In this document: positions 38,612 through 53,870 of the stretch, in pieces
Numbering within the stretch: position 1 is the first letter of the stretch
How the letters are laid out: every line of letters starts with the position of its first letter
NCBI RefSeq assembly: GCF_009914755.1
Contig: NC_060934.1
Source: the human T2T-CHM13v2.0 reference genome, Homo sapiens
Strand: one strand, 5' to 3'
DNA: 64,000 nucleotides
Made by a program: the position numbers and the translations under genes
Notes under the pieces: generated by a model
What the model was told of the DNA's origin: nothing
The model's database searches: none
Seen by the model: the letters and a program-made list of their open reading frames with translations, nothing else

Positions 38612-41002
38612 TATGAAAACCAAAGATAATGAAAAAATCTGGAGGACATCCAGAGGGGGCAAAATATGCATTACATATAGAGGAAGAAATACTAAATACT
38701 ACAGAAAATATCTTCAGAAGCCACCCAAGCCAGAAGAAAACGGTGTGAGGTCTCTATAAAGTTAGGGGGCAGGGAAAGCTAGAATACTCAGTACTCAGAA
38801 AAATTCCATTTGAAAGTGATGACGAAAAATATTTCTAAAAAAACACAAAATCTAAATAAATAATATTAGAAGCAGACATATGATACAAGAAATACCAAAA
38901 TAAGTTTTTCAAACAGGAAGCTTTTTGCAGCAGGAAAATTGGATCTATGAAAATAAATAAATTGCTCTCAAAATAGTTAAAAGAAAGATAAATAGAAAAA
39001 AATTTCTTATTTGAATCATTCTGCAAGTTTATTGGCTGCAAAAGCAAAATAGAAATATTCTGAAGATTTATAGCAGATGTAAATTAAAATATATAACACT
39101 AGCACAAAAGAAGAAATTAGCAGAATACTGTTTTGGGGTCCTTGTATATCAAGCTGTAAAATACTCTTTGAAGGAACACTGTGATAAATTAAACATGTAT
39201 ACTGTAACCATGGGGAACCTATTATATGAAAAAATATGAAAACTAAGCCAGTAACCAATGGTAAATGGATGCATTAAAAATACTAATCAAAAGGCATACA
39301 GAATTCTTTTTTAGAATTTTAGAGTTGATATAAAAGAAAGAATTATACACTACCTATAAGGAACTCATTTTAAATACACAGGTAGCATGGCAATGTATCT
39401 TTATGTAAGCATGAAGATATAGGATGAAAACAAAATTCCATGTGAACATTGGCAAAGAGAAATTATTAGGAGCTGTATGAATGTCAGACGATCTAGGCTT
39501 CAAAACAATACATATTATCAGAGATAAGGAGAGCCACTACATTATGAAAAAGGGGATTAATTCTCCAAAATTTAGTAAAAATCCTAAAGGTGTATGTGTG
39601 TATAGATAACAACAGGGCTTTAAGATACATCAAACAAAAGTTAATAAAACTGAAAGGGGAATAGACAAAACTATAATTTTATTAATGTCCTCAACACTCC
39701 TGTCGCAGGAATTAAAGTAATAGAGATCAAAAACTAGCAAGGATTTTTAGACCTGAACAACAATATCTACCAACTTGACCTAATTGTCTCTTATAAAAAG
39801 CTTAACCCTCAACAGCAAATGCAAATTATTGTCAAGGACACATAGAACGTTTACCTTGTTAAGCCATAACAAGCTATAATATATTTAAAGTGATTGTAAC
39901 TATACAAAGTATTTTCTCGACAAAAATACATTGAAAAGAAAAGTAACTGAAAATTCCACAAATATTTAGAAATTTAGGTTTACAATTATAAAAACCCATG
40001 GGCAAAAGAGGAATGCACAAGGAAATTAAAAAATATTTTGAGTTGAATAAAACTGAAAACACATACACACATCACAAATAAGCATTGGGTCTCTCTTCCT
40101 ATCACTCCTATTCGACATCATGCTTGAGGGCCTAGCTAGTGCAATAAGGCAAGAAAAGATATTAAAGCCAAATAGATTAGAGAGGAAGTAACAAAAGAGT
40201 TTTTTATTTTCAAAGAACATAATGGACTACTCAGAACTTACCAAGGAATCTACAAACAAACTTGTAGAATTAGTAAACAAATTTATCGAGTTCTAGGATA
40301 CAAATCTAATATTCAAAAAACGTCTTTTCTATGTACAATCAATTAACAATTGAAATTAAAAATTAAAATTAAAACACAGTGCCATTTATAATTGTACCAA
40401 AAACACTGAACAGTAGGTAATAATTTCATAAAGCCTGTTCATCATCTCTATGTTGACAATCAACTGAATACATGGAAATATGCTGTGTTTATGAATTGGA
40501 AGGTTCTATATTGTTAAGATGTGGAATCTTCCCAGATTGATTTATTGATTTAAAGCAATAGTGATCGAAATCTCAGCAGGACTTTTTGGTAGTTATTGAG
40601 AAGCTGATTTAAAAGGTATATGGAAAAAAATAAAAGAAATTGGAATAGTAATACGAATTTTGAAAACAAGAATAGACTTGCAAGATGTTACCGTATTTCA
40701 AGATCCACTGTTCAAGCTACAGGAGTAAAGAAAGTGTTGTGACATTGGCAAAAGCAGAGATACAAAGAATAATTGCAAGAAAATTGTCTAGATATTCATG
40801 TGTTTACTTATATAGTCAACTGAAAACAAAGATGCAAAGGTAATTTAATTAAGAAAGAATATTCTTTTCAACAAATTGTGTGGGAAAATTATACATCCAT
40901 GTGCAAAAATTAAGCTTTAATACATACTTTTCATGATATTAAAAAAAATCACAAAATGTTTCAGACCTAAATGCTAACAGAGCTTTAAAACTTTGAAAAT
41001 AA

Positions 41003-41412
<410 letters not shown>

Positions 41413-41664
41413 TTAATAAGTTAATGGAGGAAATCAATGTTAGGAGTTGATTTGAAATAGCAGCTTATTCACTCATGTAATAAATATTTATTTTCTATTT
41501 GCTAGGCAGAGCTCTAGGCAGAAAACAAGATTTCATAGAAATAAAAAGTCTTTGCTCTTTGAAATACACAGTTAATAATATGAACAGATAAGCTACAAAC
41601 TGGGTGGGAAGGTTTGAAAAATGCAAATCTGATTTATTATCATCTTAAAAATATAGTTATAGCG

Positions 41665-42462
<798 letters not shown>

Positions 42463-43689
42463 TCAGTTTTGACTACTGTAAATGACCTCTTATTCACCAT
42501 ACCCTGTTCATTCTCCATGGCATTGCCCTGTATACCAGGTTTGTCTCTTTGTTGGGGAGAGGGGAGGGTCTGCTTATGTATTGATTTAGTCTTGTTTGTG
42601 TTCATAACATCTCTCACTCTGATTTTTGCCCAGTTCATTTAACTATTTGCTTGCTACTCCCCACTACCTCAACCACTGCACCCTTATCGGAGAACGATGT
42701 TTAGGATACTGCCAGGCACACAGAAAACATTCAACCAATATTTATTACATGAATAAATAGGCCACTCTTTCAAATCAGCTCCTAGCGTCGATTTCCTCCA
42801 TGCAGAACTGAACAGGCTTCGTAAGCCTCTAGGGTCCGCAGGCTGTGCTTAGAGGAGGCCCAGCAGGATGGTGCCTTCACCCCTCTGGGCTCTTCCCAGG
42901 AAGCCCTGACCACCCTGCACCAGCCACCATACTCCTGCTTCTCCAGATGGAAGGCGGACTCTGCACTCACTCCTGTCAAATGAGCAGATAGGACGTGATA
43001 AAGGGGAGATACGATACAGTCAAAATGCATGCAACACAAATGATCCTTTTGAGTGCGTTTCAAAAATATGTGCCAAATAAGTTGATGGAATGGAGCAGCA
43101 TTGCGTGACGCCAATCACTGATTCACTTATGCTTTCTATGTGGTTTTTCCCAAAGTTGACTGTGGTAGCATCCTGCCTGTTCTTGCCTCCTAATTCATTT
43201 TCTGCAGAAGTACAAGCAACTATTCCTAGGTGAAGCCCATTGTGTGCAGACGGTGTTGTGCCTCGGAAGGAGTGACCTGAGTGAAGGCTGCCTGGCCCCA
43301 GTGACCATTGCTGGCACACATTCAGAGCTGATATAAGTGTCTTGCTCTTGCATTGAATAAGATGCACTTTTTCTTGTCAGCCTTCCTTTCTTTTCTTATG
43401 AACAGGTTGCAACCCAGCGTGGACAGAGATTCTGAAAGTCAGACAGTCTACTGTGACGCTGCTTTGGAGACTGATGGAGCAACCTGTGCTTCTGTGGATG
43501 GTGTCGGGAGGTCCCGGCTTCTCCTGGAGCTCAGCTGCATGCTGTGTGCTTTGGTAATTTGCTTCACTCCTTGCAGGATACAAGGGCACCATTTAGAAAA
43601 TTATTACTGGTACAGTCACTGGATGGCAGGAACCTGGAAGAATGAATGCAGTTTCCAAGGCTCCTAATTACAATTCCAAGAGTAGCTTT

Positions 43690-43997
43690 CTACAGTACAC
43701 TAGAACTTATTCCTCCTACCCAGCTGTAATTTTATAGTTGTTAACTAACTCCAGGGTAAGTATTAAGTATGGTTAACAATAACTTATTGTGTATTTTCCA
43801 AAAGCTAGACAGAAGAGAGGATTTTGAATGTTCACAACACAAAGACATGATAAATATTTGAGACGATGGATATGCTAATTACCTTGATTTGATCATCACA
43901 CATTAAATACATGTATCAAAATGTTACTGTGTATCCCATAAATATGTGCAATTATAACCTGAATTAAAAATTCATGAATAAAAATAAAAGAAAAAAT
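43690..43997 (+). mobile_element. L1MA 3' end with inverted 5' segment (43690-43752)
   Basis: gaagagaggattttgaatgttcacaacacaaaga...gatggatatgctaattacc is L1MA 3'UTR; the preceding 63 bp is the adjacent consensus segment reverse-complemented. Confidence 0.82.
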
Positions 43998-44514
43998 AAT
44001 ACCTGGCTGAAGATGTTGAAACACTTTTGTTTACTTTAGTAAGCATTAATATACAGCTGAAATCATATCATCACTCCTCATCGCAGATTATATAAAATAC
44101 TCTAAGCATTTTTTCCTATAATCTGCACATAATTATTTGGTGATTTGAATCTCAGCCTATGTTGTAATTGAACAGTTATCTGAAAATTTGTATAGCACTA
44201 AATAAAAATGTGCACTTTTAAAATGTGAACATACTCAGAAAAGTGCCTTAAAGAATTTCAGCTTCATTTTAATTTGTTAAAGCTTTTTTATTCCCCCAAC
44301 CACCATCACTATACCTATATATGGTTCATCTTTATGTAAGAATATCAATAAATTCAGCAAAGACAAGGAAATCTAGAGAATCTAGGGGCATTTCCTGGAT
44401 TGTGGTGAATTATAATATGGAAAGGTGATCAGAGCAGCTTCTGGGGCAATGAAACCAGGGCAGGGGCCCTCATGGCAGGCTCTCAAGTAATCATCAGATA
44501 TCTATGATAACCAG

Positions 44515-44870
44515 TGGAAATCACAGGCAGTTCTTGAAATCATGGAAAGGATGGATGATACTGCTCATTTTTGAAATTAAAAGAAAAGTTTTATCATTAT
44601 AATCATTAACTGGTCAGCCTAAAATGTCAGTAGTGGGGAAGAAATGGGAATACATTGTCAACTCATCAATTTGCAATCACGCCAAAGAGGACAGGGCCGT
44701 GAAGTACAATCAGCTCCTTCACTCAGTGAGGGACAGACTGTGCCAAGTCAATTTAATTTCCATCTCTCCATGGAGTGGCAGGACACTCAGACGGGAGAGA
44801 CAATAGATGTAATCTATCTGCACTTCAGAGAGGCTTTTCACTGCGCTACACAGAAACCCCTAATCAATGA
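44515..44870 (+). mobile_element. L3/CR1 LINE reverse-transcriptase fossil
   Basis: Frameshifted translation NH*LVSL / SVVGKKWEYIVNSSICNH...NQ...CQVNLIS / GETIDVIYLHFREAF aligns with CR1 NYRPVSL / SVPGKIMEQII...ICKH...SQHGF...CQTNLIS / G.AVDVIYLDFSKAF. Confidence 0.82.
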
Positions 44871-46220
44871 GACAGAAGACAGCGTCTCTGCGGGTGTGGG
44901 GGCTGTTCTGTGGGAGGTCGGAGACAACGTAGGTCAAATGGAGGCCGGGAAGGGCAGAGCCCACTGGGACTCTTTGAAAGACATTGTTCAGAAGACGTGG
45001 AATACAGTTCTTCAACACTCTCAGGCACTAGCGCCAACTCAAATAAATGGGCTAAGTTGTAATTTACATTGAAGTTAGAAAAAAGTGGCTCAAGACATGA
45101 AGAAAAGCATTTCCTTTCTAATGTCTAAAAATTATCACTATATCCCTGTACATATACAGCTCCAAGGTCTACTCATTCTCCTGAGTCTCCAGAAAACAGA
45201 GCTTGTCATGTTTTAGATTAGGTAGAACCTTAAAAAAGTAAACTAAGATGACTGAAGTCCCCAGATACTAATAATAAAAACAATAGTGCCAATTTACTAA
45301 TTTGCAGAGATAATTGTAAAATGAATTAGATGAAGAGAGATAGGTACAGATGTTAACAAGACAAGAATTTATAATATACAAGAAATAAACTAAATTAATA
45401 ATAAAATACTAATAAAAAATCAGCCACCATTACCATTATTTTTATTTGATTACTTTTTTGGTTATTTGTCTCAGTCTATGTTGAATGACGATCATTTTTG
45501 TAAAACATTTCAGAAAGAATCTTACATTATTATATTGGAAAAATATCTACACATCTTCAAAATACTTCATTTTTTTAAATCGGGATTTTCAATCAGGTAT
45601 CTGGAAAGTTCTGGAACGGCAGTGTCACTGCACTTGTGTGATGTATCTTGCAGGCACCACACTATTTATGCCTCGGGTCATGCTGATGTCTGAGTGCTCT
45701 GGAATTTAGTAAAATAAATGCCTAGGCCATTTTAAAAGGCTTCAGAAAATTCACACAGATGAAACGGGAAACAGAATCATCCACGGCAATTAAAGAAATG
45801 CAGATGAGGTGAATCGGCAGTAAATGTTTGTACTTGCTCCATTGGTGTTTTAAATCATAACACACAAGGATGATAAGGGCAAGAGGACATTGAATCACTC
45901 ATAAGGGGTTAATTTTGCCTTCTAAATTGGCGCCATCCTCTTCTAGAGGTCTATCGGATAATCTGGGAACCACAAAGATTGCACGTGTGCTGAATGCACG
46001 AACCCCTCTCTTGGAATTTATCTTAAGAAACAGCACAGAAGTAAAGATGTGTGCTTACATGTATTGACACAGGCAGTGAAATGGGGAAAGGCCTAGTGTC
46101 CCTCCTGAGGGGGGATGGCTGAGTCAGCCTCATCAACTCATGCAGAAAGAAGTAAAAGGAATTCCAATTCCTGGACGGCTTGGAATTCTGAGCTACGAGA
46201 GCCTGCAGTTGGCTCTGACC

Positions 46221-46648
46221 TGACAGAGACTCTCCTTGAGCAAATGTCCCACAGCTTCCTCTGAGCCTCTTCCCCACCTGGCCTTCTCCTGGGACCCAGT
46301 CCTGCCTTCCCAGCCCAGTTTTAGCAGGAATCTTGATATGTCACTTTCCCAAGAATTCCCCACCCTCAATAAGGAATCAACTTCCTCATACCCTACCCTT
46401 GATGCCTAAGTCCTTGGCTGCCTTTAGAAAGAATCCTGTTAGGTCATTTTACCGAGAATCCCCTACCCTGAGGGTCTTCACCTAGTGATCCCATCTCCTG
46501 CCCCTGCACTCTGCTGGCTGGCTGTAAACCCAGCCACCCTGTTTGTTTTGGGAATTGAGCTCTGTCCTATAGGGACATCTCTTTCCCCTCTTGCAATAAT
46601 TCTAAACACAATCTGTCTTTCCCACCTTGAGCAATTTATTTTTACTAG
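46221..46648 (+). mobile_element. MER31-like ERV1 solo LTR
   Basis: tgacagagactctccttga...cctctgagcc; repeated gaatcc/ccacccttgat blocks; ttgcaata. Confidence 0.75.
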
Positions 46649-47384
46649 TGCTTTTAAGAACCTCCTCCACATCTCGTAAAATGAAGTGGTTAAAACGAAC
46701 TTCACCTTCCCTGCGAGGTTTCCCATCATTCTGCAACACAAACGGTCTCCCAAAATCTCAGATGTCAGCATAGACATTGGAAAGGTCTGACCAGCTCTGA
46801 GGAAGGAGCAGGCTGAAGCCAGGCAAATGGAGAACGTGATAGGTCCTCATGGCCTCAATCAAAGATCAAAGTACAGAAATCATAGATATTATTAGCTAAT
46901 CTTCCATGTGAAATAGAATTGTCTTATGGACTGGAGGTTCATGGGCACACCATTTCCCTGGAGAAGAGCTACGTATGAAGTCAAATTATTGGATGATTTC
47001 TTCATGATATCAGAGCAAAGGGAGTTAATCATTTGGCTTGAAGTTTTAATAGCTTGAGGTTCTGCTGGGCCCATGTCTGGGCCTCCATGGTGGTTGTACA
47101 CGGAATACACAATACCGAAGTCCCATCCTCACATGGCACTCAGACAACTTGAATGAGCACAGCTTACTTCTGTTAATTCTTATTGACACATTCTTTCTTT
47201 TGATATGCTAATCCTCTTAAGCAGATTATAGTCAATTAATTGAGTTTCACTTATTCTTAAAGTGACTTTGCATACTACTTAAAATCTGATTCAAGAATGC
47301 AGGGTTTCTTGGCAGAGGTATATTCCTGCATATAATTATGGCTGCATAGTGCAATATTGCTTTTCATTATGCAATATAGTGTCA

Positions 47385-47530
47385 GCGCCTGGAAATGGAA
47401 GCTGGGCTTGAATCTCAGCCTTGCCACACACTGTGTGTTTTAGACATGCAGTAACCCCCGGATCAAATAAGAGCATGTGTTTGAAAGACACTGGCAAACT
47501 GCAAAAGTCTGTACAACGTAGGTTGTTTTA
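47385..47530 (+). mobile_element. MIR fragment
   Basis: ctgggcttgaatctcagccttgccac...ctgtgtg. Confidence 0.45.
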
Positions 47531-49517
47531 ATCCCCAGATTTTGTGCTTATGCCCTCTGGGAGGGCATGGAGGTACGATCCAGTGCAAGAAAGAAATTCT
47601 TACACATCCCTAATTGCGGGAAGCAGAGTCCTGAAGAGAAGGGGAAACCTGCCTATGCTTTTCCCATCGAGTCATCAGTTAATTACAGGCTCCTACACGG
47701 AAATCGGATTTTTCTTCCTTCTCTCTCTAGGTTCCTCTCTCTCTAGGTTCCTCCCTCATCATTGATCTCTTACATTTTTTCTGGCACAATGAGGACTCCT
47801 CCAGCCCTAGAAATGAGCCATTTCTCCAAAGACCCCTGGCTCCTGTCAGAGGATACTGGTCAGACCGCCACGTCTGCTGGTGGTTACAGGGTTTCACTAC
47901 CCGTAGGTCCTCTCAGGGTGCAGGGATGGATAACAGGAGAGGAGGAAGAGACGGCCTTTTACATGGAATTTTTAAACTTGCTTTTCTTTTATGGTAAAAA
48001 ATAAGTATATATTTACATTGTATGTCAAAAGAGTGAATTTTATTTTTTTAATTATGAAGTGCCTGTACACTTTTCACATTTGAAAAAGACTTGTCCAGAA
48101 AAACGAGGAATTCCTGTTGTTTATCTTCACGTCCTGAGGCACCTTTGGGGGTGTTTTCTAAAGCTGAAAACCAGGGATGAAATATCGATTGATCGGAGCA
48201 ACACTGGCGTTGAAACTCTAACCTAGGGCTTTCTACAGATCTGTGCATGCACGTGTGTGTGTATGGAGAGGTGAGAGTCAACTGTGTGTGCCCATTAAAT
48301 TTTTAAATATGCCTTAGAGCTTATTGCAGAAGAAAAGGAGGAAGAGAACAGTAAGAAGGCAGTAAGGACTATTGAGAGCTTCTGCCTTTACTTGGCCTGG
48401 TGATGGTCAATCAATTTGTAACATGAACTTTTTCTTCCAAAGTTTCTCTTGGATTTAACATGCAACATGGCACTGTGCTTGTCCCCGAGTCTCCAAGACA
48501 GATATTTAATTTGTAATGATGTGCACGCCGTCCTCTACCTGCCAATAGATCATTACAAGGGCAGGGTTTCCTCCTGGGGTACTCTTGGCTGCAAATGAGT
48601 GCAAGCGTGAAATACTGGAGTCAGGCTCAGCCCACATAATAAAGGGAGGCAATCAGCTATTCAGATGGAGAAGGAAGAGGCAGGGGAAGGACTGACGCCC
48701 AGCACAGCCCAGGGGAGGTTAAATTACCCATCAACCTTCTTCGCCCAATCAATAGGCACCAGAAACCTCACATGAAGAAAAATAACCTCAGAGGAGAAAA
48801 ACGTTTCTAGCTATAACATGCTGTGGATGTAACCAGTTTGTATTAATTCCCTATATTGGATCTCTTTTTGTGAGTTAATTCACAGGCAAATAATCAGGAA
48901 TGTGTATTCACATATCTAGCAGGAAAACACTGAAATAATCTAAAATACTCCAGGATAGTTTTGAAATATTAAACGACATGCCTTTAGCTTTTAACTTCCA
49001 TAATTGGGAACATTTTACTCCTTGAAAACAACTAGAACAATATATTTTACAGCATGTATCAGCTTAACTGGAATATTTAATGGTCATAGGGTCTTTCAAA
49101 TAAATTTATAATAGAATGATATAAATTATTGGGCTGTCCTGTACCACTTTTCTTTTGCAAAAAATAACTTTTAGTTGAGTCACGTGGATGCTCTGGTTTG
49201 ATGGAGATGCACACATTTTGGAAAATTATTTTTCAAGTAAATTCGACAAAGTCTTAAATAAGGAGACCATCTTTTAGAAAAAAGAATTTCTAAAAATTCT
49301 TTTTTCTCTCCTAAATTACATTTTGAGTTTATTATGAATGATTTCCAAGAAAATATCAAGGGAGTTTCATATATAATGTTTTGCTTTTATTTATATTTTA
49401 ATTCAAGCATGATTCAGAAAATCCTGGTAGTAACTATTTTTTTTTTTTTTTCGGTCACAAAGTACATCTGCAAGAGGTATGTAGCAGCTGTTGGAGAGAA
49501 CCAGACTGGCAGCCTGG

Positions 49518-49805
49518 AGTAGTGGTTTCAACCCCTGGATCTGGAGCTGGACTCCTTGACTTTGTTAATTCTTGGCTTTGCACTGAATTAGCGGTGTGAC
49601 TTTGGGAGAGTTACTTAACCTTTCTGTGCGTCATTTATAACATGAGATTATTAAGAATTTTGGTATTCATAATCATCTCAATATGTGTTATTCTTATTAT
49701 TCATTAAGAGCAATCCCCAATCTATATATTATTAAGAATATTAAGGGATGAGCTCCCTGTGAAAATCTTGATGTCTTGCCTGACAAAGTGTGCATTCAGC
49801 AACAG
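49518..49805 (+). mobile_element. MIR
   Basis: gtagtggtt...tctggagc...tgtgactttgggagagttacttaacctttctgtgc. Confidence 0.65.
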
Positions 49806-50004
49806 ACTTTAATTACTTTTTCAAGAAAGATCATGTGAGAATGGTAGGGGGAAAGAAAAGATGGAGAGGGTATGAGAGAGAATGAGAGGAGAGGAATAGG
49901 AGACTAGCAAGTTGGCCAATTTTTTTTCACAAAGTTTTACTGGAAAGTGAAGAGAAGACATGGAGTCTTAACTTTGGGGGATACTGGGTTAAGAAGTGTG
50001 AAGG

Positions 50005-50097
50005 TGTGTGTGCATGTGTATGTATGCATGTGTGTACGCCTGTGTGTATGAGTGTACGTGTGAAGTATGTCCAGTGTGGTGAATGTGTGTGTGTGTC
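50005..50097. repeat. TG-rich low complexity
   Basis: Directly visible. Confidence 0.75.
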
Positions 50098-50689
50098 AGG
50101 ATCCTGCAATTTAAGCAGACAAAAATATAAACAACTGAATTGTTTTGAAAAGATTCCAGAAATAATTTTGAGTTTATTTTCAAGGGCAGGGTTACCCATT
50201 ACTGTCAGAGATCTCGTTGCTAAGGACTCCCTTTTTTTATTTTATTTTTGCACTGACTCCTTGCCTCCTGCCAGCAACCTGTGCCAAGCCTCAGCGTCCT
50301 GCCTGGAAGGGCATGGTTAATAGCTGCTGGAGGTGGCCCTCCTCCTCTGAGAGCTCCCTCTCAGCTAGTGTGGCAGAGGGCAAGGCAGGAATGCGGTGGG
50401 TGTGTTCAGGGTGAGAACTCGCACACTTCACACAGCCCGCCACTTGGGGAGGGGATCCTGCCTCACCCCACGTCAGGGTTCCTCTTTCTATGATGGATGA
50501 GGAGAATCACTAGGGGTAGAGAAATGCCTGTTAAGGCAGGATACAGGGCTTGTCCCGGCAGGCCTGGGACTGGTCCTCGTTCATCACAGCCTTTCTCCAG
50601 AGCCTCAAGCGCCTCCATCAGTCTTTTGAGCCCTGGTCCTCCTGACTGCAGAATGAGATAATAGTGCCAGTCCTACTGAGCTATGCCAG

Positions 50690-50795
50690 GGCTGCCACAC
50701 ATGTGTCCCCCATGCTGGGCGGTGGCTGCCACACACGCGTCCCCCATGCTAGGTGGTGGCTGCACACATGTGCCCCCCATTCTGGGTGGTGGCTG
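50690..50795. repeat. Minisatellite, ~34-bp unit, ~3 copies
   Basis: ggctgccacacatgtgtcccccatgctgggcggt and two variants. Confidence 0.85.
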
Positions 50796-52289
50796 ACCTG
50801 GAGTCGCTGGCAGCCATCAGCATTGTCACCATTTGATCACTTGAATGACGACCATGTGAGGAAATCCCATGTACAAGGCATTTTATGTAAATTTTTTGAC
50901 TAAATCATATTAAAGGGGCTATCATAACCCACTTAAGGGATGGGGTTTGGTACCTAGAAGACTGCGTTGTGAGAGTTTCCACCACGAGCTACCTCACGGT
51001 GAACTCAAGGGAACCTACGATGAGCTTTTTACTTGCAAATATATGCAGGTTTATTTCATTCATTCACAAGGCAGGATACGTCACATTATGTTTCTAATCA
51101 CATTATGTTTCTAGAAAACCAACATAACATTTAATATGAACGTCCAAAACAAAGAAAAGTACACCATGAGAAAGTGTAAGAGTTTGATGAAGTATCACTC
51201 AAGTAAACAGACATGCCAGGAAGGGACATATTTGCTGAAATCATTTTGCTGATTAAACTATTCCCATTTTGGAGGAAAGAGCTATTATTTTACTAGGTTC
51301 TAAAATCCAACCATCTTTTTATACTCCCCCAGGGCGTACTTTCTATAATATTAACCTGCCGATCAGTACTTATACTGAAATTTTTGATACGAAAGATGGC
51401 CATTTACAGACTCGCAGCAAATGAACTGAGATTGTAGGCAATAATGCCTTTTAAACAAAAATTGCAGTGTAAGCCACAAAATGTGTACCATTCACAGTTA
51501 TGGGGAGAAAATAAATTGTTAGCTTGTGCAAAGCCTGGCAATTTGACACAATGCAAATATGTTATCAGTGCTTTTAGCCCACTTCCTGTAATGTTTCTAA
51601 CTTATTCCATATCGGGAGGGTAAACAGGCGAGCTAATGATACTTACACCGGACCAGCACGGTGACAGGCATCATTGGCAGGGCGCTGGTACTTAACACCA
51701 ATTAAGGATAATGAAAATGTATCCGCAGCAGAAACCAGGAGGCATTGGTGTGAGTGTCAGGAAATCTGACAAGCTCTTTCAAATTGAAAAACGAGGGGCA
51801 CAAATTGCAATGAGAGCCATGGCTCTCCAGGGCTTGGTTCAGCTTTCGGGCAATTATCCGCAGAGTACTTGTTTACAAGTTATTATTTATGCAGGGTTCA
51901 AATGTCCCAAGCCTGAGGGTAACCTTTCCAGGCAGGAAACCACCGTGTGGGAGAATGCCTGCCCATCATCTGTTTCCAAGACGAAGGGAAATTGGGAAAT
52001 GGAGAAAATGACATTTGGGTCCACATTCAACACTTAAGCCAAGACAGAAAAAGATGGAAAAAGATTTATCTGGAGGCATAAAACCTATGATTAGGGGAAA
52101 TAAGACATAAAAATGAGATCCTAGGAAGCACCTATCCAGATGAACTTTACCCAGAAGGGGCTCTTCTGCACAAGGCAATGCCTGCTTCTTTGCCTATGTA
52201 TTTTATGATTTACAATAAAAGCCGGTATTTCAATGACACCACATTCTTTAGAGTAATGGGCACTAAATTCTTACTGATCCTTAAAAATT

Positions 52290-53870
52290 TAATAGGCTTA
52301 TTTTTAGAGTAGTTTTAAGTTCACAGAATAATTGAGCAGAAAGCTCAATGTAATAGAGAGCTCCCATTTAACCCCTGCCCCTGCACACGTACAGCCTCCC
52401 CCACTATCAATGTCCCCAACTTGGTGGTGCCTCTGTTACAATCAATGAACCAACAGAACACAGCATCACCCCCCAGAGTCCACAGTTCACACGAGGGCCC
52501 ACTCTTGGGGTTGCTTATCCTGTGGGTGTGGCAAATTTAGAACTATATAGATCCATCACCGTAACATCATGCAACGTGCCCTAAACATCGCTGCCCTAAA
52601 AACCCCGTGCTCCTCCTAGTCACCCCTCCCTTCCCCCAACCCCTGGCAACCACTGATCTTTTTACTGTCTCCCTAGTTGTACTTTTTCCAGAATGCCCTT
52701 TAATTGGAATCAGATAGTATGCAGGCTTTTCAGATTGCCATCCTTCACTTAGTGACATGCATTTAAGTCTTCTCCATCCTTTTTCACGGCTTGAGAGCCC
52801 ATTTCTTTTTTCAGCTAGAAGAATATCCCATTGTCTGGGTGTACTGCAGTTTATCCATTCATCCATTGATGGGCATCTTGGTGGCTTCCAAGTTTTGGCA
52901 ATGATGAATAAAGCTGCTATGAGCATGCTCACACAGGATTTTGTGTGGAAGCAAGTTTTCAGCTTATTTAGGTAAGTGCCAAGGACTGCAATTGTTGGAT
53001 CACATGCTAAGAGTGTGTTTAGTTTTATGAGAAACTGCCTAATTGTCTTCCAAAGCGGCTGAGCCATTTTGATCTCCCACCAGCAGTGGATGAGTGTTCC
53101 TGCTGCTCCACATCCTCACCAGCACCTGGCGTTGTCAGTGTTCTGTATTCTGGCCATGCTAACGGGTCTGTAGTGGCTAATGAACCTGATTGCTGTTCAC
53201 TGTGTCCTTCTCCGATGATGTATGAGGTAGAGCAATGATGTGGAACATCTTTTCATGTGTTGCTTTGCCCTCTGCGTGTCCTCTTTAGTGAGGAGATCTC
53301 CTGCACATTTAAAAATAAATTTTGTTTTCTCATTGTTCACTATGAAAAGTTCTTTGCATATTCTCGACACCAGCTCTCTATCTGAACAATGAGAAAACAA
53401 AATTAAAAACTACTCCTAATTCTCATGATATTATCTGCCACATAGCAGAAGTTTTTAATTTTAATGAAGTCTGGCTTATTAATTTTTTTACAGATCTTGC
53501 CTTTGGTGGTATATTTTAAAAGTCATTGCCGTACCTAAGGTCATCTAGATTTCCTCCTCTGTATCTTCTAGGAATTTTATAGATTTTCATTTTACATTTA
53601 GGTCTCTGATGTATTTGAGTTAATATGTTTAAAGGGTGTAAGATCTTTCTTTTTTTTTCCTTTTGCATGGGATGTCCAGTTGTGCCAGCACCATTTGTTG
53701 AAAAGACTATCTTTTCTCTACTGTATTGGTTTTGCTTCTTGGTCAGAGGTCAGTTGATTCTATTTGTGTGAGTCCATTTCCGGGCTTTCTATTCCGTGCC
53801 ATTGATCTATTTGTTTCTTCTTTAGCCAATATCACACTGGCTTGATTGCTATAGCTTTTGAGTAAGTTAC
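52290..53870 (-). mobile_element. L1MC1-like 3' end
   Basis: Minus ORF QPLWKTIRQFLIKLN...MLIAALFIIAKTWKPPRCPSMDEWIN; same 3'UTR type as 16100-17670. Confidence 0.85.
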
